Shown piece by piece: positions 1-9,358 of a stretch of DNA of 64,000 bases. How positions within the stretch are numbered: position 1 is the stretch's first letter; each line of letters starts with the position of its first letter. Where the stretch lies: positions 224,001 through 288,000 of the forward strand of contig JBFMHR010000003.1 of the NCBI GenBank assembly GCA_040751795.1. Reading direction: 5' to 3'. The notes under the pieces were generated by a model, which had not been told where the DNA came from, did not search any database, and was given only the letters and a program-made list of their open reading frames with translations. The translations under genes were made by a program, and so were the position numbers. This stretch comes from Thermoplasmatota archaeon. GTDB taxonomy: Archaea > Thermoplasmatota > Thermoplasmata > UBA10834.

Positions 1-344
1 TCTGGGCCGCGGCGGGGGTCACCGCCGCGCTCTGGCTCTTCAGGGAGGACGTCGCTACCGCGGGGATCATCGGCTGGGCCCTCGTGGATCCCCTCGCGGG
101 GGAGCTGAGGAGGAGGGACCCGCGCAGGTCGGTGTCGGTCGCGGTCCCCGTGGCCGTGTACGCCGCCCTCGCGGCGCCGGCGCTGTACGCGTGGGGTATG
201 CTGTCGCTGCCGTCGGTCGCCCTAGTGAGCGCCGTGGGCGCCGTCGCGGCCGTGCTGGTCGAGAGGCAGAAGGTTCGCTACGTGGACGACGACTTCCTCA
301 TGGTCGTGCTGCCATGCCTCATAATGGAGGTCGTCACCTTCTGA
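1..344 (+). CDS. Dolichol/phytol kinase-like membrane protein (5'-truncated by window)
   Basis: Frame is open from the window start; hydrophobic; DPLAG and C-terminal DDDFL motifs resemble CTP-dependent polyprenol kinases. Confidence 0.55.
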   Translation, partial: WAAAGVTAALWLFREDVATAGIIGWALVDPLAGELRRRDPRRSVSVAVPVAVYAALAAPALYAWGMLSLPSVALVSAVGAVAAVLVERQKVRYVDDDFLMVVLPCLIMEVVTF

Positions 345-357
345 CTGCCGCGCCTGG

Positions 358-651
358 TCAGAGCACTTCGAGCTTCCCGTACTTGCCCGCGCTGACCTGG
401 AGCTTGTTCTTGAAGGACGAGGCCCAGCCGTTCGTTATCCGGATCTTGGAGCTGACCTGGACCTTCTCGATGTCGTCGTTCCAGAGGGTGAGGTTGACCT
501 TGTCCCCGCTCTCGTCCTCGCCGACCGCGTCGCAGACGCGGCCGCCCGAGCCGCTCCACTTGGAGGTCCACTCCCGGGGCTCCCCCTTCTCGACGACCGT
601 CACCGTGAGCTCGTCGACCTTCGCCTTGTCCTTCAGGTCCTTCGCCATCAT
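358..651 (-). CDS. ssb: Single-stranded DNA-binding protein, single OB fold
   Basis: V-x-DA-x-x-x-DESG...LTLW...IRITNGW...GKYG pattern of crenarchaeal/Thermoplasmata SSB. Confidence 0.85.
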   Translation of the reverse strand: MMAKDLKDKAKVDELTVTVVEKGEPREWTSKWSGSGGRVCDAVGEDESGDKVNLTLWNDDIEKVQVSSKIRITNGWASSFKNKLQVSAGKYGKLEVL

Positions 652-839
652 TTTGACACGCTCTAGGAGCGTCCGAAGCGGGTCATCGTACTTAAACCTC
701 GCCCCTCCCCGGGCCCCGGATTCGGTGCCCGACAGATGTGTGCCTTGCCACCGTTTCGAGGCCGTGCCAGATGTCCATCGAAACCTCCGTTTCTACTCCA
801 ATTAGCATTTTATACCCTAGATTCAGATAGGGGCCGTCC

Positions 840-1343
840 ATGACTAGGATCAAGGTCATCACCGAACCGGCGGAGTTGGTTCCGATGTTCCGGGCGGTGG
901 ACACCAAGGTCAAGAGGGAGGTCCTGAAACTGGTCACCCTCGAATGGCACACGGTCAAGGACATCGAGAAGCAGTTCGGTCCTGCCGGGAAGGAGGCCCT
1001 CCTCTTCTTCGAGAAGATGAAGCTCGTCGAGACCAGGTGGCAGACCTCCGAGACGCAGCAGCCCGAGAAGGCCTATCACACCTACTACACCTCGTTCCAC
1101 ATAAACGCCTCGTGGCCCGTCTACGAGATAAGCGACGTACTGGCCGCGGCGGTCATGGAGGACAAGGAGTTCCTGAAGATCGAGAAGCAGATCCACGACC
1201 TCGTCGGGGCGCAGGGCAAGTTCGCCGGGGACGTCGCGGAGATCCTCGGGGTCACGTTCACGATGCTCAAGAGCCTGGTGAAGAGGAGCACCAAGCTGGA
1301 CTACAGGGGACACAGGATCGAGCGCGTGAAGGAGCCGCATTAG
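840..1343 (+). CDS. ArsR-like winged-helix protein
   Basis: wHTH-like sequence; AT-rich TATA-like element at 807-814. Confidence 0.6.
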   Translation: MTRIKVITEPAELVPMFRAVDTKVKREVLKLVTLEWHTVKDIEKQFGPAGKEALLFFEKMKLVETRWQTSETQQPEKAYHTYYTSFHINASWPVYEISDVLAAAVMEDKEFLKIEKQIHDLVGAQGKFAGDVAEILGVTFTMLKSLVKRSTKLDYRGHRIERVKEPH

Positions 1344-1368
1344 CCCGCCGCGCACGGGGGGTGCGCAC

Positions 1369-1905
1369 ATGATAGTCGTCATGAGGCTCGGCCACCGCCC
1401 TGACAGGGACCAGAGGGTCACGACGCACGTCGCATTGACGGCGAGGGCGCTGGGGGCGGACGAGGTCTGGGTCTCCACGAAGGACCCCTCGCTCGAGCGC
1501 TCCGTCAGGGGCGTGGTCGAGCGGTTCGGGGGCGGCTTCGTCATCAAGACCGGCGTCGAGTGGCGCAAGGCCATCAGGTCCTGGGAGGGCACGGTCGTCC
1601 ACCTGACGATGTACGGCGAGAGCCTCTCCGAGGCCCTCCCGACCATCCCGGACGACGACCTGATGGTCGTCGTGGGGGCCGAGAAGGTCCCCAGGGAGGT
1701 CTACGAGATGGCGCACAGGAACGTGTCGGTGGGGAACCAGCCGCATTCCGAGGTCGCCGCGCTCGCGATATTCCTCGACAGGCTCAAGGGCGGGAAGGCG
1801 GTCGAGAGGGACATGAAGGGGAGGATGAGGATCGTCCCCAACCCGAGGGGGAAGACGGTAGTTGACGGACGCGAAGGCAAGGCCCGTGAAGGTGCCAAGC
1901 GCTGA
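1369..1905 (+). CDS. trm56: tRNA (cytidine56-2'-O)-methyltransferase
   Basis: RLGHRPDRDQRVTTHV, VHLTMYG, GAEKVP, GNQPHSEVAALA motifs. Confidence 0.95.
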   Translation: MIVVMRLGHRPDRDQRVTTHVALTARALGADEVWVSTKDPSLERSVRGVVERFGGGFVIKTGVEWRKAIRSWEGTVVHLTMYGESLSEALPTIPDDDLMVVVGAEKVPREVYEMAHRNVSVGNQPHSEVAALAIFLDRLKGGKAVERDMKGRMRIVPNPRGKTVVDGREGKAREGAKR

Positions 1906-2407
1906 GGAGTGCCTCAGGATCCTCGCGCAGAGCGGCTGCAGCGAGTCGGTCCAGCAGCACTGCGTCGCCGTCGCCCGCCTCGCCGTGAAGATCGCGAGGA
2001 GGTGCGGGGCGGACGTCGAACTGGTCCAGGCCGGTGCCCTCCTCCACGACCTCGGCCGCTGCAAGACGCATGGCATGGCCCACGCCGTCGAGGGGGCCAG
2101 GATGGCCGCGGACATGAAGCTGCCCCCGGCGCTGGTCAAGATCATCGAGAGGCACATCGGCGGGGGCATAACTAGGGCGGAGGCCGCCAAGCTGGGCCTC
2201 CCGAAGAAGGACTTCGTCCCCCGCACCCTCGAGGAGAAGGTGGTGGCCCACGCCGACAACCTCACCGCCGGGGCCAGGCGGGTGTCCATCGGCGAGACGC
2301 TCTCGGGGCTCGTGCGCAGGAGGATGAGCGAGCCTGCCGAGCAGATACTGCACCTCCACCGGGAGCTGTCCGAGGTCTGCGGCTGCGACGTCGACGAGAT
2401 ACCCTGA
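1862..2407 (+). CDS. HDIG/HD-domain metal-dependent phosphohydrolase (start may be GTG 1886)
   Basis: H...LLHDLGR, ERHIGGG, EEKVVAHADN. Confidence 0.9.
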   Translation: MTDAKARPVKVPSAEECLRILAQSGCSESVQQHCVAVARLAVKIARRCGADVELVQAGALLHDLGRCKTHGMAHAVEGARMAADMKLPPALVKIIERHIGGGITRAEAAKLGLPKKDFVPRTLEEKVVAHADNLTAGARRVSIGETLSGLVRRRMSEPAEQILHLHRELSEVCGCDVDEIP

Positions 2408-2414
2408 CCGCAGG

Positions 2415-2930
2415 TCATCCAGGGTGGCGGTACCTCGGGTATTTCCCGTCCCTGTGGGCGTCGCGGAGCTTGTGGTACTCCTCCGCATTCCTCTTCGCCG
2501 CCTCCATGAGCGTCGGGTCGTTCTCCTTGACGACCTTCGCGGGCACGCCGACGACCAGGCTGCCCGGCGGCACCTTCATTCCCGACTTGACCAGGGCGTT
2601 GGCGCCTATGACGGAGCCCGAGCCCACCTCGGCGCCGTCCAGCACGGACGAGTTCATGCCGACTATGACGTAGTCGCCTATCCTCGCGGCGTGTATGATC
2701 GCCCCGTGCCCGATGGAGACGTTCCTCCCGACGATGGTGGGCTTCCCGGGGTTGCCGTGTATCTGGCAGTGCTCCTGGACGCTGGAACCCTCGCCGATCC
2801 TGACGGGGGACAGGTCCCCCCGGATGACGGCGTACGGCCAGACGCTGCAGCCCTTCTCGATGACCACGTCGCCCACTATGACGGCCTCTGGAGCTACGTA
2901 GCACGATGAGTCGACGATGGGTCCTGACAC
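2415..2930 (-). CDS. Gamma carbonic anhydrase family hexapeptide-repeat protein
   Basis: VIRGD, VQEHCQIH, IGHGAIIHA, GVPAK. Confidence 0.9.
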   Translation of the reverse strand: MSGPIVDSSCYVAPEAVIVGDVVIEKGCSVWPYAVIRGDLSPVRIGEGSSVQEHCQIHGNPGKPTIVGRNVSIGHGAIIHAARIGDYVIVGMNSSVLDGAEVGSGSVIGANALVKSGMKVPPGSLVVGVPAKVVKENDPTLMEAAKRNAEEYHKLRDAHRDGKYPRYRHPG

Positions 2931-2969
2931 GGACCGCTTGAGGGCGGTCGCGACGATAAAACCTCCGCC

Positions 2970-3251
2970 TCAGGCTTCCTTCTTCTCCGTCTTCGGCTTC
3001 GACCCCCTCTTGAGGGCCACGCGCTTCGGGAAGTACTTCAGTATCACGATGTCGCCTACGGACCCGATCCACCTGAAGGGGACGTTGACCGACTTGGACC
3101 CCTCGACGAGCAGCGGGTTCGTCTGGCTGATGAACAGTCCCTGGACCTTGTTCTCGTCCACCTCGACGACCAGGTTGGAGATGTTCCCCAGGTATATCCC
3201 CTGGTTCGTGTAGACCTGCAGACCAATCATATCAGAAGCTTCGGTGAGCAT
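2970..3251 (-). CDS. PRC-barrel protein, CdpB1-like
   Basis: G-x-QVYTNQGIYLG...VPFRWIGSVGDIVIL; start set at ATG 3251. Confidence 0.8.
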   Translation of the reverse strand: MLTEASDMIGLQVYTNQGIYLGNISNLVVEVDENKVQGLFISQTNPLLVEGSKSVNVPFRWIGSVGDIVILKYFPKRVALKRGSKPKTEKKEA

Positions 3252-3431
3252 CCTGCATCCCTGCGACCGTATCGCAATCCTGTCTTTAAATAGTTTTGTT
3301 TGAGCCAGATTGCCGCTCCCAAGACTACGTCTTGGGTCCCGGGACGCACATGTTCGACGCAATAGTTAAGTACGGAGGCAGCAATCGGTAGTGCGTAATA
3401 AAGGCACAAGCGTGCAATTCCGGTGGAACCG

Positions 3432-3842
3432 ATGTCTGAGCTCGATGAGATAAGACAGAGGAAGTTGCAGGAGATGATGAGGATGGCAGGCTCGGCCCCG
3501 TCAGGGGGCAACGGATTCCCAGATTCGCCAGTGGTAGTGACAGATTCCGATTTCGAGGAGACGGTCGGCAAGTACCCCTACGTGGTAGTGGACTGCTGGG
3601 CGCCGTGGTGCGGCCCGTGCAGGATGCTTTCGCCGACCGTGGACGCCATGGCCAAGGACTACAAGGGCAAGGTCGTCTTCGCCAAGCTGAACACGGACGA
3701 CAACATCGCCGTCGCCAGCAAGTTCAGGATCATGAGCATCCCCACGCTGCTCTACTTCAGGGACGGCAAGCTCGTCGACAAGTCGGTCGGCGCCCTGCCG
3801 AGGCCCATGCTCGAGTCGCAGGTGAACAAGCACCTGCAGTGA
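3432..3842 (+). CDS. trxA: Thioredoxin
   Basis: WCGPC active site, SIPT cis-Pro; N-terminal helical extension. Confidence 0.95.
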   Translation: MSELDEIRQRKLQEMMRMAGSAPSGGNGFPDSPVVVTDSDFEETVGKYPYVVVDCWAPWCGPCRMLSPTVDAMAKDYKGKVVFAKLNTDDNIAVASKFRIMSIPTLLYFRDGKLVDKSVGALPRPMLESQVNKHLQ

Positions 3843-3850
3843 TTCACGAT

Positions 3851-3888
3851 AAACCCCATAGTCCCCACTTCCCCCACTTTTTCTGTTT
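3851..3888 (+). terminator. Pyrimidine-rich putative terminator after trxA
   Basis: aaacccc...ccccacttcccccactttttctgttt directly after the stop. Confidence 0.5.
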
Positions 3889-3951
3889 CGCTGTCCAGCG
3901 AAGGCCCTGCAAAGAAACAAATCGTCCGTGGCCCATGCGTGTACGATACCG

Positions 3952-4365
3952 ATGGACTTCGTGACGACCGTCGCCTACGACGGCGCCTACCCCGCCCGGC
4001 TGGACTGCCAGAACGGCATGTCGGTGCAGTACTCCGCCCCGGTGGAACTCAGAGGGATGAAGGGGCCGATGACCCCGGAGGACGCCTTCGTCGGGGCCGC
4101 GAACATGTGCTTCCAGATCGTGTTCGGGCCCGTGGCCGAGGGCCTGGGGCTGAAGTTGCTGGCCTACCGGTGCAAGGCGGTGGGCGACCTCCAGACCGTG
4201 GACGGTTTCAAGAGGTTCGTGAGGATCACGCTGTACCCCGAGGTGCGGTTCGCCGAGGGCTCCAAGGTGGAGAACCTCCAGAAGGCCGTCGAGGGGACGA
4301 AGAAGAGGTGCCTCGTCACGAACTCGATGTCGTGCGAGGTCGTCGTTGAGCCCAAGGTGTTGTGA
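3952..4365 (+). CDS. OsmC/Ohr family protein
   Basis: TPED...ANMCF and KRCLVTNS Cys pair. Confidence 0.85.
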   Translation: MDFVTTVAYDGAYPARLDCQNGMSVQYSAPVELRGMKGPMTPEDAFVGAANMCFQIVFGPVAEGLGLKLLAYRCKAVGDLQTVDGFKRFVRITLYPEVRFAEGSKVENLQKAVEGTKKRCLVTNSMSCEVVVEPKVL

Positions 4366-4375
4366 GGTCCCGTCC

Positions 4376-5116
4376 ATGTGCAGGATGCTTGGTGTGGTGT
4401 TCCGGGAGAGGCCGAGGCTGGACGCCTTCAGGGACCTCCAGCACGTGGCCGAGGTCGGCCCCGTTCCCGACCAGGGCGACGAGCCGCCGGGGCACAGGGA
4501 CGGATGGGGCATCGCCTCGTTCATGGCGGGGTCCCCCAGGTACGTCGGCAGGAGCGAGAGGCCGATGCACATGGACCCGTCCTACGACTCGGCGCTGATC
4601 GACGTCGCGGCCCTCGATGGCCCCAACATAGCGATCGCCCATGCGCGGCGCGGCTCCGAGGGCTCGCGCTCGATGGCCAACACGCACCCTTTCATATCCG
4701 ACGGGGTGGTCTTCGCGCACAACGGCACGGTCAAGTCCTTCCAACCCCAGACCACTAGGCAGGCGAAGGGGCAGACCGACAGCGAGAGGCTGTTCATGGC
4801 CCTCCTCGACAGGGTCGACGAGAAGAAGGGGGTGGGCGAGGCGCTGAAGTCCCTCGTCCGCGAGGACGTGAAGGGGCGTGAGTACACCGCGCTCATTCTG
4901 ATGGTCTCCGACGGCAGGGCCCTCTACGGGTACCGTGGCTACGCGGAGGAGAGGAACGCGTGGTACTACGCCCTCAAGGTCTCCCAGTGCGAGGGCATCG
5001 TGACGCTCTTCCAGGAGACCGTGCAGGGCTACGCGGGCGACGTCATCGAGGTCCCCAACGGCGGGCTGGTCAAAGTGACCCTGGACCTCGGGGTGTCTTA
5101 CGAACGCGTTCTCTAG
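4376..5116 (+). CDS. Class II glutamine amidotransferase (YafJ/EgtC-like)
   Basis: N-terminal MCRML, DGWG, HARRGS, NTHPF, FAHNG, TDSE. Confidence 0.9.
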   Translation: MCRMLGVVFRERPRLDAFRDLQHVAEVGPVPDQGDEPPGHRDGWGIASFMAGSPRYVGRSERPMHMDPSYDSALIDVAALDGPNIAIAHARRGSEGSRSMANTHPFISDGVVFAHNGTVKSFQPQTTRQAKGQTDSERLFMALLDRVDEKKGVGEALKSLVREDVKGREYTALILMVSDGRALYGYRGYAEERNAWYYALKVSQCEGIVTLFQETVQGYAGDVIEVPNGGLVKVTLDLGVSYERVL

Positions 5117-5637
5117 GCCTCGGACTTCCTGGCCGCCAACCTTATCGCGTCGGTGACGCTGTCGCGGGGCATGATCGTCGCGATGGGGAGGTCCACGACC
5201 TTCTCTATGGTCGCGCTCACGATCGGGGCGCACACGACCGCGACCGCCCCGTCCCTCTCTGCCCTTATTGCCGCGACTATGGCGTCCTCCACGGTCGATG
5301 CGGGGTACTCCCTCACGCGCACCGTCCCGTCCCCGATGGAGACGGACCTCTCCTCCACCTCGTCGAGCACGTGGCGGGCCGCGATGACCGCGATGAAGTT
5401 GCCCGCCCTCAGCCCCTCGGCCTCCCTGACAGCCCCCACTATCCTCCTCAGGATCCCGAGGCTCGGGGACCGGTTCTCGGTGGTGATCTTGTAGAGTGTG
5501 CTGGGGGATACATCGGCCCTCTTGGCGAGTTCCTGCACCGTCATCCCGAGCTCGTCGAGCGCCGCTTCAAGCGCCTCCTTGAAAGCCTCGTCCGACTTCA
5601 TGGCCCCTGCGATGATTTTCCTAGATGCATCCTTCAT
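5113..5637 (-). CDS. XRE-type HTH transcriptional regulator with C-terminal ligand-binding domain
   Basis: TVQELAKRADVSPSTLYKI helix-turn-helix; divergent from the ABC operon. Confidence 0.85.
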   Translation of the reverse strand: MKDASRKIIAGAMKSDEAFKEALEAALDELGMTVQELAKRADVSPSTLYKITTENRSPSLGILRRIVGAVREAEGLRAGNFIAVIAARHVLDEVEERSVSIGDGTVRVREYPASTVEDAIVAAIRAERDGAVAVVCAPIVSATIEKVVDLPIATIMPRDSVTDAIRLAARKSEA

Positions 5638-5644
5638 GTTTCCG

Positions 5645-5684
5645 ATATATGCAAATACCTGCCCATATATTTATACAATTGTAT
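5645..5684. promoter_or_regulatory. Divergent promoter with candidate operators
   Basis: ATATATG-N12-CATATAT inverted repeat (5645-5670) and palindrome ATACAATTGTAT (5673-5684) around TTTATA. Confidence 0.55.
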
Positions 5685-5755
5685 CAATCATCTGCCGTCA
5701 TTCTGCAAAGGGTTTAATACGCCGCGGTCGCTGACGTTGCACACAGGGGAGCATC

Positions 5756-6871
5756 ATGGACCGGAAGATAGTCATTCTGACAGTAGCCGTCGTGGCCGCG
5801 GTAGTGCTTGCTGGAGTCGCGACAGCCCTCTACTTGAACCGCGCCTCGGGCGACGACAGCGTCGGCTACGTGAACATGGCCCCGAGCCTGATGGAGGGAT
5901 GGCTCGCAGGGAACCAGTCCGATGCGTACATAGCATGGGAGCCGTACGTCTCCTCATCAGTCGTGTCCGGCACGGGCAGGGTGATCATGTGGACGAACGA
6001 GATCATGCCGAACCACCCGTGCTGCGTGGTCGCCGTCTCCGAGGACTTCCTGGCCCGGGAGGGCGGCCAGGACCTCGCAGCGAGGTTCCTCAAGGCCCAC
6101 ATCGAGGCGAACAGGTGGATGGCGGAGGCGATGGCCGATGAGGGGAGCGCCAACTACTCGCTCCTGCTCAACATGTCCGCCGCCTTCACGCTCCGGACCC
6201 CTGAGGTGGTCGAGGAGGCTCTCGGCCACGTCGAGTACGGTTACGAAATGGAAGCGGACTTCCTCTCCGCGCTCAAACAGTTCACCGACATGTACGTGGA
6301 TACGAACATCATATCCAACGAGACGCTCTCGGACCTCGGTTTCGGCAACGTCAGCGATTTCATCGAGGACTTCGTCGACGAGTCGCTCCTGGAGGTCGCA
6401 GGCGACGTTCAGCCGAGCGGCGCGATCCTCAACCCCGCGGACGAGGACGCGATCAGGCTGGGCTACCTCTCTGGGGACATACACCAGTTGGCCCAATTCA
6501 TCGCCCAGAACAAGACCGTAGGGGGAGGCGAGAAGAACCTGTTCGAGGTCTACGGCCTCAATGTGGACCCGCTCCCTCCCTATCTGAACGGAGGCGTCCT
6601 GATGGACGGCTTCTCCCTGGGCGACATCGACGTCGGCTACCTGGGCGCCCCGCCCGCGATCCAGAAGCACGCCAACCTTGGCGTGTCGGTCAAGATCATA
6701 GCGCAGGCCAACTCGGAGGGGAGCGGCATAGTGGTGCACGCGGACAGCGACATCCACACCCTGGAGGACCTGATAGGTAGGACGATCGCCACGCCGGGAG
6801 AGGCCACCATCCAGCACCTGCTGCTGAAGATAGCCCTCAGCCGCGAAGGGATCCCCTTCTTGAAGGCGTGA
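5756..6871 (+). CDS. NitT/TauT-family ABC substrate-binding protein, circularly permuted
   Basis: N-terminal TM anchor; AWEP/HPCC half precedes the IRLGYL...DLIGRTIATP half. Confidence 0.85.
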   Translation: MDRKIVILTVAVVAAVVLAGVATALYLNRASGDDSVGYVNMAPSLMEGWLAGNQSDAYIAWEPYVSSSVVSGTGRVIMWTNEIMPNHPCCVVAVSEDFLAREGGQDLAARFLKAHIEANRWMAEAMADEGSANYSLLLNMSAAFTLRTPEVVEEALGHVEYGYEMEADFLSALKQFTDMYVDTNIISNETLSDLGFGNVSDFIEDFVDESLLEVAGDVQPSGAILNPADEDAIRLGYLSGDIHQLAQFIAQNKTVGGGEKNLFEVYGLNVDPLPPYLNGGVLMDGFSLGDIDVGYLGAPPAIQKHANLGVSVKIIAQANSEGSGIVVHADSDIHTLEDLIGRTIATPGEATIQHLLLKIALSREGIPFLKA

Positions 6872-6901
6872 GGCACCAAACCTCTATCTCCGGAAAAGTC
6901 A

Positions 6902-7756
6902 TTGGTGAGCGCGATGCCGCGTGGGCGAGCGATGCTGGTGAGGGTCAGGGACTCAGTCGCGGCGAACTGGGTGAGGCTGGTCCTCGGCATCATCTCGATA
7001 GTCGCCTTCATAGCGACTTGGGCGATAGTGTCCGACTACCTCGCGGACACGGACAGCGACAAGTCGGAGTACCTGCCAGGCCCCGGGGCCGTCGCCGAGG
7101 CGTTCGTGAAGTCCTTCCTGGAGCCGGTCCCCGGGTTCGACGACATCAGGATGGGCGACATGGTCGCCTCCAGCCTGATCCGCGTTTTCTGGGGGTTCCT
7201 GCTGGCCCTGGCCGTGGCGCTGCCATTGGGACTGACGATGGGCTACTACAGGGCCGCCGACGCGATGGGCAGGCCGCTCGTCGAGATCTTCAGGCCGATC
7301 CCGCCGCTGGCGTGGGTGCCAGTGTTCATGATGGTCTTCAGGAGCTTCTGGGGACCGGTGAGCATAGTCTTCATCGGGGCGTTCTTCCCGATACTCCTCA
7401 ACGTGGTCTTCGGGGTGAGGAGCGTCGACCCGCGGCTGATCGACGCCGCGAGGACGCTCGGGGCCAGGAGGGGCGCCCTGTTCATGAAGGTCGTCATCCC
7501 GACCATAATCCCGTACCTGATGACCGGCATCAAGGTGGGCCTCGGAGTGGGGTGGATGTGCGTCGTCGCAGCGGAGATGATGCCCATCCAGGGCGGGATC
7601 GGGGTCGGGTACTACGTGTGGGCCTCGGCCTTCAGCTACAGCATGTACGACTACACCTACGCGACGATGCTGGTGATCGGCCTGCTCGGAGTGCTCACGA
7701 CGGGAGTCGCCGAGGTCCTCGAGAAGAGGGTCTCGAGATGGATGGGGATGCGATGA
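6902..7756 (+). CDS. NitT/TauT ABC permease (start may be 6932)
   Basis: RPIPPLAW, DAARTLGA (EAA loop), VAAEM. Confidence 0.92.
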   Translation: MVSAMPRGRAMLVRVRDSVAANWVRLVLGIISIVAFIATWAIVSDYLADTDSDKSEYLPGPGAVAEAFVKSFLEPVPGFDDIRMGDMVASSLIRVFWGFLLALAVALPLGLTMGYYRAADAMGRPLVEIFRPIPPLAWVPVFMMVFRSFWGPVSIVFIGAFFPILLNVVFGVRSVDPRLIDAARTLGARRGALFMKVVIPTIIPYLMTGIKVGLGVGWMCVVAAEMMPIQGGIGVGYYVWASAFSYSMYDYTYATMLVIGLLGVLTTGVAEVLEKRVSRWMGMR

Positions 7757-8538
7757 CCGCCTGCATAGAGGTCCGAGGCCTGTCGAAGGTCTTCGTCAAG
7801 GGCAAGCGCGAGGTGGTCGCCCTCGACGGTCTCGACTTCGAGGTGGCAGATGCGGAGTTCGTCTGTCTGCTCGGCCCTTCCGGGTGCGGGAAGACGACGG
7901 TGCTCAGGATCGTGGCCGGCCTCGAGATGGCCACAAAGGGCGATGTCCTGGTCCACGGGAAGAAGGTCGTATCGGCGGGGCCGGAGCGAGGCATGGTGTT
8001 CCAGGAGTTCGCCCTGTTCCCCTGGCGCACGGTCCGCAAGAACATCGAGTTCGGCCTCGAGGTGAGAGGGGTGCCCGAGGCGGAGAGGCACGCGCTCTCC
8101 TCGAAGCTGGTGGACCTGGTCGGCCTGGAGGGGTTCGAGGACGCACACCCCGACGAGCTCTCCGGCGGCATGAGGCAGAGGGTGGGGATCGCGAGGGCGC
8201 TGGCGAACGAGCCCACCGTGCTCCTGATGGACGAGCCGTTCGGCTCTCTGGACGCGCAGACGCGGAACCTGATGCAGAAGGAGCTGCTGAGGATATGGTC
8301 GGCCACGAGGAAGACGGTCCTCTTCGTGACCCACTCCGTCGACGAGGCCGTGTTCCTCGCCGACAAGATCATGGTCATGACGGCCAGGCCAGGGCGGATA
8401 AGGGAGACCATCCCGGTGTCGCTGCCCCGGCCGAGGGACCGCACCAGCGCGGAGTTCATAGCGGTGAGGGGGAAGGTCCTCGCCGAGCTCGACGAGGAGT
8501 TCGAGAAGGCCAGGGAGAAGGAGCTCTCCCCGGAATGA
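7753..8538 (+). CDS. NitT/TauT ABC ATPase
   Basis: GPSGCGKT, LSGGMRQR, LMDEPF; ATGA overlap with the permease. Confidence 0.95.
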   Translation: MTACIEVRGLSKVFVKGKREVVALDGLDFEVADAEFVCLLGPSGCGKTTVLRIVAGLEMATKGDVLVHGKKVVSAGPERGMVFQEFALFPWRTVRKNIEFGLEVRGVPEAERHALSSKLVDLVGLEGFEDAHPDELSGGMRQRVGIARALANEPTVLLMDEPFGSLDAQTRNLMQKELLRIWSATRKTVLFVTHSVDEAVFLADKIMVMTARPGRIRETIPVSLPRPRDRTSAEFIAVRGKVLAELDEEFEKAREKELSPE

Positions 8539-8554
8539 CCGTGTGCGGCGAATA

Positions 8555-8567
8555 AAGCATAATGCTT
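8555..8567. promoter_or_regulatory. Palindrome upstream of HTH regulator
   Basis: AAGCAT-A-ATGCTT in an AT-rich promoter region. Confidence 0.35.
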
Positions 8568-8595
8568 ACATAATATCCAATCCATTTAGCGGGCC

Positions 8596-9075
8596 ATGAG
8601 CTTCGAGCTAAATGTCGTCAGCAACACGCCCCTCACGCCGCTGAACGACATAGACGAGGTCGCCATCCTGTTCCTCAACCAGGTCGGGTACTTCCAGAAG
8701 GGCTACGGCCCCAAGACCGACGTCACGGACATCAGGGACAGCGTCCCCTACAGGCTCATGGTCGACCACTTCCTGGCGAGGATGGACAAGGCATGGGTCG
8801 TCGAGGACCTCGCCACGTCCCTCGGGACGACCAAGGCGACGGTCTACAGGCACATCAACAAGCTGAAGGGCTTCGACATCCTCGAGGAGATGAACGTCGA
8901 GCAGCCCGACGGCTCAAGGAAGAAGGGCTATCGGATAAGGTACGGCAACCTGAGCAAGGCGTGGAACTTCACGGAGGCGCACGTGCAGGTCGCGATGGAG
9001 AACTACCGCAAGACGGTGGACCACCTGCAGGAGCTGGCCTCCAAGAGAGGTGAGAAGCATGGCAAAAAGAGATGA
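8596..9075 (+). CDS. Winged-helix transcriptional regulator
   Basis: VEDLATSLGTTKATVYRHINKL HTH. Confidence 0.8.
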   Translation: MSFELNVVSNTPLTPLNDIDEVAILFLNQVGYFQKGYGPKTDVTDIRDSVPYRLMVDHFLARMDKAWVVEDLATSLGTTKATVYRHINKLKGFDILEEMNVEQPDGSRKKGYRIRYGNLSKAWNFTEAHVQVAMENYRKTVDHLQELASKRGEKHGKKR

Positions 9076-9346
9076 CGCGATCGTGCTGACCCCTGGCTCG
9101 CTGTACAGGGTCAGGAGCCTGGAGTCGAGGGAGAAGCCGCTCGAGACGATAGGGGTGTTCAAGGGCTACGCGGCGGTGGCCCACGACACGGCCATCGTGA
9201 TGGAGGTCGAGCTCTCGACCGGCGGGAGCAAGGAGAGGTTCATGCGCCTGATCCCGTCGCACATGGTCATCTCCATCGACGTCCTCAAGGCGGAGAAGGA
9301 GGAGGAGCAGAAGGAGAAGGACAGCAACGCTGTCTACTTCGGATGA
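9059..9346 (+). CDS. Hypothetical small beta-rich protein
   Basis: GAGGTGA SD; overlaps upstream gene; GC3-biased codons. Confidence 0.7.
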   Translation: MAKRDDAIVLTPGSLYRVRSLESREKPLETIGVFKGYAAVAHDTAIVMEVELSTGGSKERFMRLIPSHMVISIDVLKAEKEEEQKEKDSNAVYFG

Positions 9347-9358
9347 CCTCTCGGGGAC

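Noticed and set aside
6868-7752. Long N-terminal extensions in the ORF track (also 12845, 27169, 28961, 30219, 45115, 56986, 63917)
   Set aside because: They overlap the upstream gene in another frame; true starts are at ATGA/GTGA overlaps or SD-led codons
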